Shown here one piece after another: positions 47,724 through 61,556 of a stretch of 64,000 nucleotides of DNA; the stretch's first letter is position 1; each line of letters starts with the position of its first letter. A program made the position numbers and the translations under genes. Under the pieces are notes generated by a model. The model saw only the letters and a program-made list of their open reading frames with translations. It made no database searches and was not told the DNA's origin. This DNA is from Eledone cirrhosa (lineage: Eukaryota), in assembly GCA_964016885.1 (NCBI GenBank), contig OZ024743.1:260834001-260898000 (forward strand), read 5' to 3'.

Positions 47724-47730
<7 letters not shown>
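47560..47730 (+). mobile_element. tRNA-derived CORE-like SINE
   Basis: gtggttagag...gagttcgattccc followed by ccttgagcaagacactt. Confidence 0.7.
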
Positions 47731-47797
<67 letters not shown>

Positions 47798-47835
47798 TTA
47801 TATTATATATGTATGTATGTATGCGCGTGTATGCC

Positions 47836-47881
<46 letters not shown>

Positions 47882-48229
47882 CACGCACACACATATGCAT
47901 ACAACCAAACTTTATACTCAGTTTTCTATATTGTTATACTGTATATTGTGCACATATATACGCACGCGCAATCACACTTACAATCGCATTCCTAGGTAGA
48001 GACATGTATTACAACGAATAGCCTACCATTACTTCTTTCTAAAATGATTACCTTACTTGTTAACATTTTATTATTATTATTCCTGTTTGGCCACATTACC
48101 GCCGACATTTACAACACCACCAGCAGCAACAGTAGCAGGAGCGCGCCACCATCCACCACACCAGAATCTTCACCACTTATAGCAACACCAGAAATACAAG
48201 ACATGCCCCTCCCGTCCTGTCACACTCAG

Positions 48230-48975
48230 ACATAGAGTGTGGCCGTGAGGGGGAATGGCAAACTGGGAACACAAAAAGAAAACAAGGAAAAAATGTGGGC
48301 AATTAGGCCACAGAAACAAACAATTCCAAAAAGGGCATCACACACGTAGAACACACAACACCAAAACAAACTTCAACAGTACCCTCTAATCCACCATCAC
48401 CTCCACCACCACCACCAGCAAGACCACCAAGCTTACCTCCCGACAACAACACAACAGACAACATCCGCAACAACAACAACAGCAGCAAATACAACAAAAA
48501 GACACAAACTCTTCACAGTACACAGCAATAAACAGTAACAATAATAATTGTTTCTACATTTGGCACAAGGCCTGCAATTATCCCAGTGTATTACCGGTGC
48601 TTTATTTTATCGACTCCGTAAGGATAAAAGGCAAAGTTAACTTCAGCGGGATTTGAACTCAGACCGTAAAGGGCCGTGATTCTATGCTGCAAAGTATGGC
48701 ATCCTACCCTATACCGATACTGCCAATCCACCACCCTGTAACAATAATAACTTACTCCATTCCGTGCAACACAACACAACAATTTATCAGAAACAAACCA
48801 CAAAACACCCAAAAAAATCGCACCACCCCACACACATAAAAATTATCCCAATAGACCAAATCACATATGCAAAATTGAAAAAGAAATTCCCCAACGCCAT
48901 TGGGGAATTTCGTGGGACAATATCAAGAAGAATATACACAAACATTATTGTAAAAGAACACACAATTGGCCAGAA
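48230..48975 (+). mobile_element. Possible very decayed LTR-retrotransposon gag/pol remnant, split by a SINE at ~48546-48735
   Basis: KKCGQLGH knuckle-like motif and LKKKFPNAIGEFRG; weak similarity only. Confidence 0.25.
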
Positions 48976-49009
48976 GTAAGTGGTCTTTCCCACTTTTCCC
49001 ACTTTCCAT

Positions 49010-49610
49010 TCAACATGACCTTACTCAGAGTAGGCAGTATAATTGCACTTGGCCTGGGGTCGTCATAGAAGCAGTGTCATTTACTCAATGACCTCAGATC
49101 TTCGAATCTCTTAGTCACCCGGGAATGGAAGGTGGGGTGGTAGTGCCGTTTAGGAAAAAGTCAGAGGTAAGGACGACCTTCCTAAAGTCGAGGTAAGGAC
49201 GACCTTCCTAAACCCGAACGGTAAGTTGGTGGTCCTGGACGTGAGCAATAGCGAAGATAGTGCCGTTAGACTCATAGTCGTCTACGCCTCGACCGGGGCC
49301 TGACGGTCGAATTTCTTTAAGCACCTGGAAGCCTCGTGCTTTCCATCATAGAGAGGGTAGGGAGTAAACTTGGATTCGGTGGGGCTATGAACAATTTAGA
49401 TCAATTGAAAGCTTTCAATAAGGTCGACCGTCGATACCTGGAGGTTGTCCTCTGGGCAGCTGGCTTCGATACTGTCTTCAGAGGTTGGATCGCTGCAATG
49501 CACAGCAACATCCGCTCGGTGGTCAAAGTAAATGGCCACCTTTTGGAACCGTTTCAGATCACGCGATTAGTCCATCAAGGGTACCCTTTTTTCTCCCTTC
49601 TAACACGTCT
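49010..49610 (+). mobile_element. Internally deleted Tx1/L1-like LINE fragment (APE start + RT piece)
   Basis: MTLLRVGS, RLIVVYA, NLDQLKAFNKVDRRYL. Confidence 0.75.
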
Positions 49611-49619
49611 ATAACATTC

Positions 49620-51620
49620 TTTCCTGATCTCTTTCATTGACCTGTGCTGAATCCGTTTCTCTTCGTTTATACCAAGATATTTATAAAAGTCTTCTTGATA
49701 CAGATCCTCGAAGGTTATATCATTATCAAGTTGGGTCAGCTAGTAGCTGTCAATTTACCGCGTTTAAATGTAGTTTTTGCACACATATCATGACCGTGTT
49801 CATATTGATATCACCACTGAATTTTGTCACAGCTACCAGTAGCTCTGTCAGATCTTTGTCATCTTTTGCATATAATTTCAGACCATACATATAGAACAAA
49901 ACTTTTGTAACCGTAATTTGTTCTATTTAAATCTTGGGACAAGGAAATGGGAGAAAGACAGAAGCGAAGAGGAGAAAGTGAATCGGCCTGAAATATTCCA
50001 CGATCTATTTTGATATTTTCTAACGCATTCAAGCCTTTCTCATGGCTGAGAAATAATTTAGTGCTCCACAATCCCGTACTATGTTGCAGAAAACCTTTTA
50101 CGGAAAGAGATATCTTGTGTATATCTAGCGACTTTGAGATCCAGTTATGTGGAACACAGTCAAATGCCTTACGATATTCAAGCCATGCTGTGCTAAGATT
50201 TCGATTTCTCGATGTGCAATTTTTGAGTATCATACGGTTTATTAAGAGGTGTATGAGTTACAGGCATATGAGTTTCTTTAGCATTCTTTTTACTCAAAAG
50301 GAAGGATATTGTTTTAATCGAGAAATTGATACCTTTTTTCGGTAAGGATGGATGTAAGTATTTTGTACATAGTTGTCAAACAGGCGTATAGTTTTTCGGG
50401 GTTTTTTGTTTAGTTCATTTTATTTTGTTATCCCTAATGCGAACCAGTTTGGAGTTTTATCGAGGTTTTTGATGTTATCGGAGAAACATTCCATTAACTG
50501 GCGGTGGGATAATGAGAGGCTATTAAGCCAGAAGTTTGGCATTTTATTGTGTCTAGAGGACCACCACTTATGAGCTTCAGCTAGGGCTTGAGTTAGTTCC
50601 TTCTTTGTAATATTCTCCTGTTCCTGTTCTTCAATCTCAGCCATTCTTTCTTCTTTATTTCCTACCCATCCAGCTTCTTCGTTGGATTCCTTTCTATCGC
50701 TCCATATGCTTTTCCAAAATGTCTTTTTTCATATCAAGTGGGTCTTTCACATCAATCGACTGTTTCGCTAAATCTCTGTAGAATTTCTTAGTATCATTCT
50801 GAAATATCTTATTTTGTCTGTAAAAATTGTTTCTCTTTTCATGCCTGCGTAAGCGTTGGGCCTTAACCTGAACTTTTTACTTAACCATCATTTTGCTCTC
50901 AGAACTCCATTCATGTTTATCAGATTGTACTTCCGTTTCAACTTTCTAGTCATTTTCGTTTTTACAATATTTCCTTTGAAGAATCGTCTAAGATCGATAA
51001 TTCCCCTCGGGAGATCTCACTTTCCTTGTTTATGCATTCTTTCCACGCTGGTTGTTTGTGTGCTTTTGGGGGAGCCTTTTTATTTATTTTTATGCCTATT
51101 TTCTTTGTGGCAGCAACAGATGTTGAGTATACAAGTTGGTTTAATGAAGTTAAATCTGTTTCAGATTCAAGAAGCTGCTTCAATGCATTGTCATATACTT
51201 TGGCGGTACAACGATTTGATTTGATGTTCTGACTCCTCTCTCAAGATATCGTTTTTTTGTGTGTTTTTTTTTTTTTTGTTTTTTTTTGTTTCAAGTATTT
51301 TATGTCTACTAGCTTCAACAAATGTGTTAGCCATTGCAGCTTCAGGCTCATTCCTACCTTCTGTTACCTCAGTTTCAGCTCGACCATCTACTATTTCAGG
51401 TTCTAAGTTACCTACATCAATATTATGTTCAGGGGTGTCTCTATCAATAGGTTAAATAATGTTTTCCTGTTCATTATTCTCAGTGTCTACATCATGTGCT
51501 TCAGTCCGGTTTTCTGGGATGATAGCGGCATTATTTTCTATTGTCTCTAATTCTGCGGGTGTGAGACGGTTGTTACGCAAGATGTCTCTGCGAACGTTGC
51601 CTAGTTTATCTGCATCTAAA
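49620..51620 (-). mobile_element. Decayed R4/Dong-like LINE (N-terminus + RT)
   Basis: RNLSTAWLEYRKAFDCVPHNWI, RGIFQADSLSPL.FCL, LYM..LKLYAK, NFWL. Confidence 0.88.
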
Positions 51621-51705
51621 CTATAATAAAGTAAGGAGTGCGGGACTGCGTCCAGAATATATTTTTTTATTCCGTTTGTAAAATAATTTGGATTACTTTA
51701 AATAA

Positions 51706-51848
51706 ATAATTGTTTCTACTTTTGGCACAAGGCCAGCAATTACCCAGTGCATTACTGATACTTTATTTTATCGACCCCGTAAGGATGAAAGGCAAAGTTA
51801 ACCTCGGCGGGATTTGAACTCAGAATGGCAAGGGCCGTAACTCTATAC
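51706..51848 (-). mobile_element. tRNA-derived SINE
   Basis: Match to the consensus. Confidence 0.8.
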
Positions 51849-52210
51849 GTCATAATGAATGAATATTACATAATTTATCTACTAAATTTCGTTATTCTTG
51901 ATTAAATATAAATAATATTGTTGCTTATTTTAAGATTCACTTCTTTAAAACTTTCTAATGTGAACACTTCCGGTTAGCGATCGCTTAAATAAACATTCAT
52001 ATATTTCTGTCACTAATTTTCTCCTAATGCAGTTTATATATAATGTCGTCTTTTTTTAATGTATCATGGATTACGTTACTGATTACATAAGACAGTGTAA
52101 CGCAGTCTTCGTTCAATTTCTGTGAATATTGTCAATTGTGATTTTATTTGATGTATCATATATACATGCAAATATACTTGCGTATAATATCAATATACAC
52201 ACTACACATG

Positions 52211-52249
52211 CTAGCAGAAAAACCACCCGAAGGGTGGTTTTTCTGCTAG
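52211..52249. repeat. Perfect 18-bp hairpin with a GAA loop
   Basis: ctagcagaaaaaccaccc-gaa-gggtggtttttctgctag. Confidence 0.9.
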
Positions 52250-52616
52250 TCAATGTAATCATGGGTGTCGTCCCCTATCGTTTCTATCCGCTTTATTGCG
52301 TCCTGATTGGGTCAATACCATGTAGAATGCTGTTATGATTTATTCATATTCCTCTCATGTCTATCTATTTTTAGTCAATCTTTTGACGTTTGTGATGTTT
52401 GGTGTTTTTCTTAAGGAGTCAGAGTAGATTTAACGGTTCTGGTTTCCCTCAAGATCATTTTCATAGGAGTTTGTTCCAGTGGCCAACTTTCCAACCTCAG
52501 ACTGGTTCCTCCCTGCGGGACGATGCGGTATAATTTGTTTATAGTCTGCATTTTATATGAAGAATCAATTTTACCCTTCTGGCAAGGAGTAATTCTTGTC
52601 CTTACTCTTATATATT

Positions 52617-52692
<76 letters not shown>

Positions 52693-53005
52693 TGTGGAAT
52701 GCAATTTTTCAAAATGGTTGACAAATACACACATATTTTCCTCCACGTCTATTTTTGGATGCATATACATGTGATATGAACAAAAATATATAGGGATACA
52801 TATGTATATAATCACGCACACACACAATACGCATACAGTATATGTTTACTGAAAATGACTCTCTCGAGATTTAACAGAACAAGGCCTATAATTATATCTG
52901 AAGAAATGTCTTGATGATTCAAGTATGGCCAAAAAATGGTATTGCGAAAATAATTTTCTAGTTCAAATCATAAAATATCTACTACACGCGTGCGTGCGTG
53001 CGTGC

Positions 53006-53053
<48 letters not shown>

Positions 53054-53079
53054 GCGCGTGCGTGTGTGTGTGCGTGCGC

Positions 53080-53191
<112 letters not shown>

Positions 53192-54162
53192 ACTACTCTA
53201 ATATGCTAAACCTCTTCCGGAATAAGTATTTCTCAAAATGAACGTTCAAACGTGAACTTCATTCTGTAGATAATACGAATTGGAAATGTTTAATTATACG
53301 AATTGACATACAATAAAGAGAATTTTTAATATGCTATAAGTTGTATAAATTGAAAAATAAGAGATTAATTTCATTTCGTTCATAGATTTATAAGTAAAAG
53401 CAGCAGATACCTTTACTAACTTAATTCAGTGGTACATGAGTAATATTGTTAACACTCTCCCGGCTATAACAAGTAGCACCATACTAATCATCTTGTGGTA
53501 ATGAGAAGAATATTGAAAATCAGTGGTTGGTTTTCTAGGGCAGTAAAAATAATAAAATAGAAAGAAAAAGATAGACACCAAAAAAAAGTGAGATTAGTAG
53601 AATATGCAAAGAGGGACCCTCACTCCGAGACTATTTTAGCTTCACAGGCACCCGAAAGACCAGCAATAATCTCATAGACAAAATGGAAGACTTCAAGTTA
53701 GGTGGTGAAGACAGTGTAATAACTGAAATACGGAAAATAAGACCAGATTTCAAAAAATATTCTAATAAAAGGATATTAGGGGAAACCACACTAAAAAGCC
53801 AGTTCAATGGATAGTCGATGATACTTGTCACGTCTAACGTATAAACTTCTCAAGAATCGCCTTTGGGTCGAGCAGATTTCGACACGAAAAGTGGCGGGCT
53901 GGCAAAGTTGTGAGATAGGAAGTCACTGAAGCAACAAATGTGATGAATTCTCAGACTGGCGTGATCGAAATAATGTTCTATGTACTTTGTTTGTGTGTTC
54001 ATTATCATATCTCATTTAATTATATTCTGTTTATGTCTATGTGTAATTTAAAAAAAGAGACTTTTTAATTCTTCTCAATATATTGTATAATGATATTGAC
54101 CCTTTTCCTTCTTTTTAAATAACTAGAAATGATTAATAAAAGAAACAATTATTGTTATCATA

Positions 54163-54368
54163 AGAGCGGGGTATTGACAGAATCGTTAGAGCGTCCGACA
54201 ACATGATTTGTGGCATATTGTTATGCTCCTTTCGTTCTGAGTTCAAATCATGCCGAGCCTAGCTTTGCTTTCATCCTTACGGGAGCGATAAAATAATGCA
54301 CCAGTCATCCATTTAATCAACTTTCCTCTCCCCTAAAATTATTGGCCTTGTGCCTAAATCAGAAACTA
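54163..54368 (+). mobile_element. Older copy of the abundant SINE; a CORE-like SINE follows at ~54615-54930
   Basis: Diverged match to the consensus. Confidence 0.65.
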
Positions 54369-54994
54369 TCATCATCCTCATCATGTTTTCTACTGAGGAG
54401 TGTCGGAATTTGTGTGTCTAACATATTTTGCTGTGGCGTAAAATTTCGATGCATGTAGTCTTAGTGTTTAATGTCTCTGCTATTGTTGTTGTTACTGTTA
54501 CTGTTGCTGCTGTTGTTGCTGTTGTGACGGCGGTAGCGGTGGTGGTGGTGATGTTTAGCTCCAGGTAAACATCGATCGAGTAGAGCCAGATCAATATTAT
54601 ATCTATTATGTGGATGCAGGCATAGCTGAGTGTTTAAGAAGTTCGTTTCGCAATCATGAGATCCCGAGTTCTATCCCAATGCCCGGTATCTTACACAAGT
54701 GATATTTTCAACAGCCTCAGGTTGACTCAAGCTCGTGAGGGGAAATTTGATTGACGAAAATTGTGTGGAACTCCATTTGATGTGTTGTATCTGTAATTCA
54801 AATGTCCGGCTTTGTCACATGGGTACAAGTGTCTGCGCAATACTCAACCGTTTACACATAAATTCACGAGCTGAAAGTTCAGTTCATTAAACAACAAAAT
54901 GCTTATCGTCGAAAACGACGGAAGTTCCATCTCATCATCTATGATACCCTTTCCTTATTTAAGCCGATAGAATAGAGTGTGTGAATATATGTGA

Positions 54995-55069
<75 letters not shown>

Positions 55070-55073
<4 letters not shown>

Positions 55074-56132
55074 GTTGAGTCATAAATAATTTCCGTTTTT
55101 GTAAAATAATTTATTCATGAATAATGAATTTTTGCCATTCGGAGCATTTTGTAGAGAACGAAAAAGATGGAAATCACTTGGTGCAAGGTCTGGGGAATAT
55201 GATGGATGGAGTAGAACAGACCAGTCTAAAATATTTTCCTACGTGATTCTTACTGAATGTGGATTTTCAATATCATGGAGAAGCACAACATTTATCCAAC
55301 TGACAAGTGTGGGGCGTTTTCTTACAAGATTTTCATGCACACGTTGCAGCTGTTGAGAGTATATGTCTGCATTGAGTGTCTGATTGCGGTTTAAATACTC
55401 AAAATGAACAAAACCGTGGTGATACCACCATATACACAGCATAACATTTCTTCCATGAAGCTCCGCCTTACGCTGCGGAGATTTATTGAACATTGTCATA
55501 AAAGACCCATTTTTCATCCCTTGAGAAATGGGTCATTTCTTTGCCTTGAAAGAAAACTTGTCACTATGGATATACGATCTTCCTTATTCTTCTCATTAAC
55601 AGTATGAGGAACATAAATGTCCTGTTTGCTCACTTTTCCTATTTTTTCCAAGCGGTGGCAGATTGTGGATTGGGATGTGATGAAGTCAAGTGCTAATTCT
55701 CGAGTACTTTTGCGCATTCCACTAATTCTTTTAAAGCATCTTGTTCAAGGTTTAAAACATCTTGATCAATGTTCATCTCTCAATGATGTATCCCCAGAAC
55801 CAAACTTTCAAAACCAGTTTTGACTTGGCAGTCAGTAATGATAGCTTCACCATAAACACTACAAATTTTCTTAGCTATTTCTGTAGCGCTTTTGTTATTC
55901 TTAAACTCCCACAACATTACGTGTCGAATATGCATTTTCAGTTCCTCCATTTTAGGGGCGTGAAATCAAAGAATAAATTTTGATGCGCACTCTTTCAGTA
56001 ATGAAATAACAATGACCGATGAAGACTCTCCCAAATCATGTAATTTCCGGTTGCGATTAAAACTTTGAAAGTTTGAAATGCGTAGTTACAACTTGCTTTT
56101 AAAAAAGGGAAATTATTTATAACTCAACCCAA
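55070..56132 (-). mobile_element. Mariner (Tc1/mariner) DNA transposon, defective
   Basis: ~30-bp TIRs ttgggttgagt.ataaataattt; TA target; motifs VPH, VMLCIWW, LLHD, YSPDLAPSDFHLF; frameshifts and deletions. Confidence 0.93.
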
Positions 56133-56173
56133 TATATATGGATATGTATCCACACACACACACACACACACAG

Positions 56174-56216
<43 letters not shown>

Positions 56217-56235
56217 TACATACATACATACATAC

Positions 56236-56420
56236 AATCGCTGCTTTCACCCTTAACGGGGTCTTCTGAGAAGATCCCGTGAAGGGTGAAAGCTGCGATT
56301 CTTTGCTTAAACTTTAATCTGTTATTTTAATAAATATTTGGTCTACGGTTCTTATATATTTGATATATATTTATCCTTATCGAGCCCTCTTTGGATTTTA
56401 GTCTTCAAATTTATTATTAT

Positions 56421-56423
<3 letters not shown>
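56236..56423. mobile_element. Short family D fold-back element, inverting at the HHR core
   Basis: aatcgc..tcttctg|agaagatccc..gaaagc..., followed by the family D 3' end. Confidence 0.8.
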
Positions 56424-56459
<36 letters not shown>

Positions 56460-56485
56460 ATTATTAAGGCTAAAAAGTGAATCTT

Positions 56486-56536
56486 GTTTCTCTGTACTCT
56501 GGAGTTTCGCCTGTTTATCACAGGGTCATCAGACAA

Positions 56537-56538
<2 letters not shown>
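56486..56538 (-). ncRNA. Hammerhead-like motif of a further family
   Basis: Reverse complement reads gtttgt CTGATGA c cctgt gataa acagg c GAAA ctc ca gag T aca gag aaac; cleavage-site register ambiguous. Confidence 0.6.
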
Positions 56539-56624
<86 letters not shown>

Positions 56625-56667
56625 GAAAGGTATAGAAAACATTGTAGCGAAAAGCCAACAGTATTCC

Positions 56668-56708
<41 letters not shown>

Positions 56709-56710
<2 letters not shown>

Positions 56711-56883
56711 CGAAGGCGGTGTGGAAAGGAACCAGATGGACCATAACGCACCAGAGTACTCAATACTTAGGGTAGTAGAGTGGGTAATAGGAAAATGTTT
56801 GACCACCACGCTAAAAATTCTAATTTAGTCCAGAAATAGCTGTCGAAACGGCTTGAGCTCTGCCGTCGGGGTCAAACATTTTC

Positions 56884-56886
<3 letters not shown>
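56709..56886. mobile_element. Fold-back element, family B
   Basis: Tail on the left, inverted arm on the right. Confidence 0.8.
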
Positions 56887-56923
<37 letters not shown>

Positions 56924-57130
56924 CGTCAAAGAATTACTGAAGATTATTATTTTTCTAAGAACAATATCACTGATCGCAAGCATTTGAGTCTTTGTTTTGG
57001 TGTCACCAGATGTCACCACATGTGTGACCACGTGTCACCACATGTGACCAGATCGATAGGACGCTTTGACGTGATGTGACAGCTGATATTTTGAACAACG
57101 GTACACACTCTTTCTCTCTTTCTCTCTCTC

Positions 57131-57201
<71 letters not shown>

Positions 57202-57359
57202 TTACTCTCTCTCACTCTCCATCACTTTCCCTCACTCTGCACATTCTCTCTCTTTCCCTTTCACTCACTCTTACTCAGACGCTCCCCTCTCTCTCTGTCT
57301 CCTTCTTTCAAGCTGTTACCACGAATGTAATTTGAACATCACAACCTTGGTATTTATGG

Positions 57360-57395
57360 CATTATCATCATCATCATCATCATCATTATTATTAA

Positions 57396-57431
<36 letters not shown>

Positions 57432-57464
57432 GATTATTATTATTATTATTATTATTATTATTGC

Positions 57465-57504
<40 letters not shown>

Positions 57505-57555
57505 GCTGTTGTTGTTGTTGTTGTAGTTATTGCTGTTGTTGCTGTTGTTGCTGTT
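57360..57555. repeat. Compound trinucleotide repeat (ATC/ATT/GTT)
   Basis: Directly visible. Confidence 0.9.
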
Positions 57556-57654
57556 ACTATCTCTAATGGAAGCAGTTGAATAATATTGACAATAATTTGT
57601 ATCAGTATACTCGTTATTGTTGTACACATCACCGTCACCTCCGTATCTTATTGT

Positions 57655-58125
57655 TATCCTTACGGGGTCGATAATATAAAGTACCAATAATGTACTGGGT
57701 AATTGCTGGCCTTGTGCCAAAAATAGAAACAATTATTATTATTATTATTACTGTATTATTAGGGCGGTGGATTGGCAGTGTCGGTAGAGGGTCGGACGCC
57801 ATGCTTTGATGCATAGAGTTACAGCCCTTGCCATTCTGAATTCAAATCCCGCCGAGGTTAACTTTGCCTTTCCTCCTTACGGGGTCGATAAAATAAAGTA
57901 CCAGTAATGTACTGGGTAATTACTGGCCTTGTGCCAAAAGTAGAAACAATTATTATTACTGTATTATCATCTACAATCTTAATACTACCGGACAACATGC
58001 TTTGTGAAAAAAAGTTACGGCCCTTTAGATTCTGAGTTCAAATCCTGCTGACGTTAGCTTTGCCTTTCATTCTGACGGGGTCAATAAAATAAAGTACCAG
58101 AAATACACTAGGGTTGATTTAATTG
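57655..58125 (+). mobile_element. Three tandem copies of the abundant SINE (full copy 57762-57955)
   Basis: Repeated core; A/B boxes in the full copy. Confidence 0.85.
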
Positions 58126-58150
58126 ATTTTCCCTTCCCTTCATGTGTGTG

Positions 58151-58189
<39 letters not shown>

Positions 58190-58262
58190 ATGTATATATG
58201 TGTGTGTGTATGTGTGTGTGTGTGTATACAAATTATATATATATACGTATATATATATATAT

Positions 58263-60096
58263 ATTGTTATACTTTGGGAGGGTCATGTTGCCGATAAGAA
58301 ACACACGCACCAGTTGCTTTCACTCCAATTTATTATAAATTTAAAAAATTTATAAATTTCCGGTTGGTTGGTTTGTTCCACAATCGGACGGTTGTTCATA
58401 TATTGTCAAAGTTCTTTCGTCACACATTCTGTGACCGCTTCAGTGACTGTGGATTCTTTTCTTTGTTTTGTGCCTCTCCTTTGTTCTGTCCTACGCCATC
58501 TTGTTTTTGTGTGTGTTGTGTGCTTAGTTTGCGCATGTGTTACATCCGGGTGTCTGTGTGTGTTTTTATTTGTTTATTTATTTGTTTATTTACATGTTAC
58601 TGGTTGGTTGGTTGTTCTATGTGTGTGTGTGTTTTCATTTTGTCCTTAATTGTAAGTTGTGATGTTGCTATTCCATTCATGTTTCCTATTTAATTTTGGT
58701 TGGAGTTCATTTATGTTTATTGCCTCTGTGATATATCTAAACATTCCAAATATCTGATATTCCAAATATCTGATATTCCAAATATCTGATCCACCGAAAG
58801 TCAGCTGTTTCGGATCACACCAAAATCAACATACTGATTGCGGATTTAGTACGAGTGATGAGAAACGTGTCCCGCATGTGCAACCCCAAAGAACTAGGGA
58901 GACACATACCACACTTCATCCACAGTTTGCAGTTCTCTGGTTACAATCAGAGAGATAAAAGCAGAGTATATAGAGGAGCCAGAACCAAATGGGAAAAAAT
59001 GGTAAATAATTATACAAATGGGAGCTGCCCCTTGTATAGGAGCAAATTTTGGAATAGAATAGAAAGAACTAGGAATAAGGTTAATAGAATAAACTCATGG
59101 TATGTAGCAATAAATACCAGAGTGTAATGTTCATCAATACAACCCCTAGAGGTGAATTAGCTTACAAATCTAGAAGGACTCTAGATAAACTTAAACTAAA
59201 TATTAAGATAGTAGAAAGACCACGTACCTCCATAAAAACACTTATTAGTAATACATACCCTTTTCAAAGACATCCCTGTATAGATAAGAAATGCATAATC
59301 TGTAAAATAAACCCCCATATTAACTGTAAAACTAGAAACATAGTATATAGCATAAGGTGTACTGAAGGACAATGTAAAGATAAGAATATAATGTACATAG
59401 GTGAAACAGCTAGTAGTATAGGAGAACGATTAAATGAACACTGGCGAGAGCTTCAAGATAGAAAAGACTCATCAGTACTCCACTAATGTGCTAAAATAGA
59501 TCATAAGGGCAAATTAGAGAACATAGAAATAAAAATAAAATCTACACGCAGAAAAGACGCAATGTTTAAACAAATCACAGAGGCAATAAACATAAATGAA
59601 CTCCAACCAAAATTAAATAGAAAACATGAATGGAATAGCAACATCACAACTTACAATTAAGGACAAAATGAAAACACACACACATAGAACAAACAACCAA
59701 CCAGTAACATGTAAATAAACAAATAAATAAACAAATAAAAACACACACAGACACCCGGATGTAACACATGCGCAAACTAAGCACACAACACACACACAAA
59801 CAAGATGGCGTAGGACAGAACAAAGGAGAGGCACAAAACAAGGAAAAGAATCCCCAGTTACTGAAGAGGTCACAGAATGTGTGATGAAAGAACTTTGACA
59901 ATATATGAACAACCGTCTGATTGTGGAACCAACCAACCAACCAGAAATATATAAAATTTTCAAATTTATAATAAATTGGAGTGAAAGCAACTGGTGCGTG
60001 TGTTTCTTATTGGCAACATGACCCTCCCAAAGTATAACAATATCGGTTTCAATACACGTTTGCAGATAAAGAATCTTGCTAAACAAATTCAGAAAC

Positions 60097-60098
<2 letters not shown>
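58263..60098 (+). mobile_element. 5'-truncated Penelope-like element, family A: inverted pLTR + RT thumb/linker + GIY-YIG + pLTR
   Basis: IHRKSAVSDHTKINILIADLVRVMRNVS..SGY..PLYR; C-x4-C-x2-C..CKTRNIVY..C..C..YIGET..ERLNEH..QITEA..I..LNRK.EW. 58263-58732 is inverted relative to ~59575-60041. HHRs at 58405-58447 (-, core mutated) and 59857-59899 (+). Confidence 0.93.
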
Positions 60099-60150
<52 letters not shown>

Positions 60151-60271
60151 TGAGTTGTAAAAAAAATGAAGACGAAATTTCATTTCTCACTCTTAGTACG
60201 GCACTTACTTAAATGTAAATATGTATGTATACGTACACACATACATGTATACAGACGTACAGTAGCATGCA

Positions 60272-60319
<48 letters not shown>

Positions 60320-60501
60320 CACATATACACACAGGTACACATACACATATGTACGCATCAGTCTAGCGGACGCTTATTTTACCGCCCGCTTTGTTCGTTT
60401 GTAAATAAACTGAACACTCTGAATTTATGCCGCACGGTGTTAAGGCAACCACGTCAACTTTTTTTTTTTTTTTTTTTTTTTTGTTCAACACTGGCACAGG
60501 A

Positions 60502-60544
60502 ACGATGTACTAGTTTCAAGCCTGTTAGCTATCATCAGCACCGT
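60502..60544 (-). ncRNA. Minimal type I hammerhead, family G
   Basis: Reverse complement of 61234-61276. Confidence 0.85.
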
Positions 60545-60791
60545 ATACCCATCTGCCAGATAGTTGAACGTTCGAAAGTATATACTTTCCTTATGAAAAT
60601 TAACGGCTGAGCAGCCCAATTTGCATATCGATTGAGTTAAATCGGTCAGGCATACCGAAAACGATGAGTTGTAAAAAAATGAAAACGAAATTTCATTTCT
60701 CACTCTTAGTACGGCACTTACTTAAATGTAAGTATGTATGTATACGTACACACATACATGTATACAGACGTACAGTAGCATGCATATATGT

Positions 60792-60822
<31 letters not shown>

Positions 60823-60948
60823 CACATATACACACAGGTACACATACACATATGTACGCATCAGTCTAGCGGACGCTTATTATAGCGCCCGACTTGTTCG
60901 TTTGTACTGATGCGTACATATGTGTATGTGTACCTGTGTGTATATGTG

Positions 60949-60992
<44 letters not shown>

Positions 60993-61233
60993 TGCATGCT
61001 ACTGTACGTCTGTATACATGTATGTGTGTACGTATACATACATACTTACATTTAAGTAAGTGCCGTACTAAGAGTGAGAAATGAAATTTCGTTTTCATTT
61101 TTTTTACAACTCATCGTTTTCGGTGCGCCTGACCGATTTAACTCACTCGATATGCAAATTGGGCTGCTCAGCCGTTAATTTTCATAAGGAAAGTATATAC
61201 TTTCGAACGTTCAACTATCTGGCAGATGGGTAT

Positions 61234-61276
61234 ACGGTGCTGATGATAGCTAACAGGCTTGAAACTAGTACATCGT
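61234..61276 (+). ncRNA. Minimal type I hammerhead, family G (canonical core)
   Basis: acggtg CTGATGA t agc taacag gct t GAAA ctag TA catcgt; palindromic CUAG loop, GUA triplet. Confidence 0.88.
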
Positions 61277-61462
61277 TCCTGTGCCAGTGTTGAACAAAAA
61301 AAAAAAAAAAAAAAAAAGGTGACGTGGTTGCCTTAACACCGTGCGGCATAAATTCAGGCTGTTCAGTTTATTTACAAACGAACAAAGCGGGCGGTATAAT
61401 AAGCGTCCGCTAGACTGATGCGTACATATGTGTATGTGTACCTGTGTGTATATGTGTATATG

Positions 61463-61506
<44 letters not shown>

Positions 61507-61556
61507 TGCATGCTACTGTACGTCTGTATACATGTATGTGTACGTATACATACATA

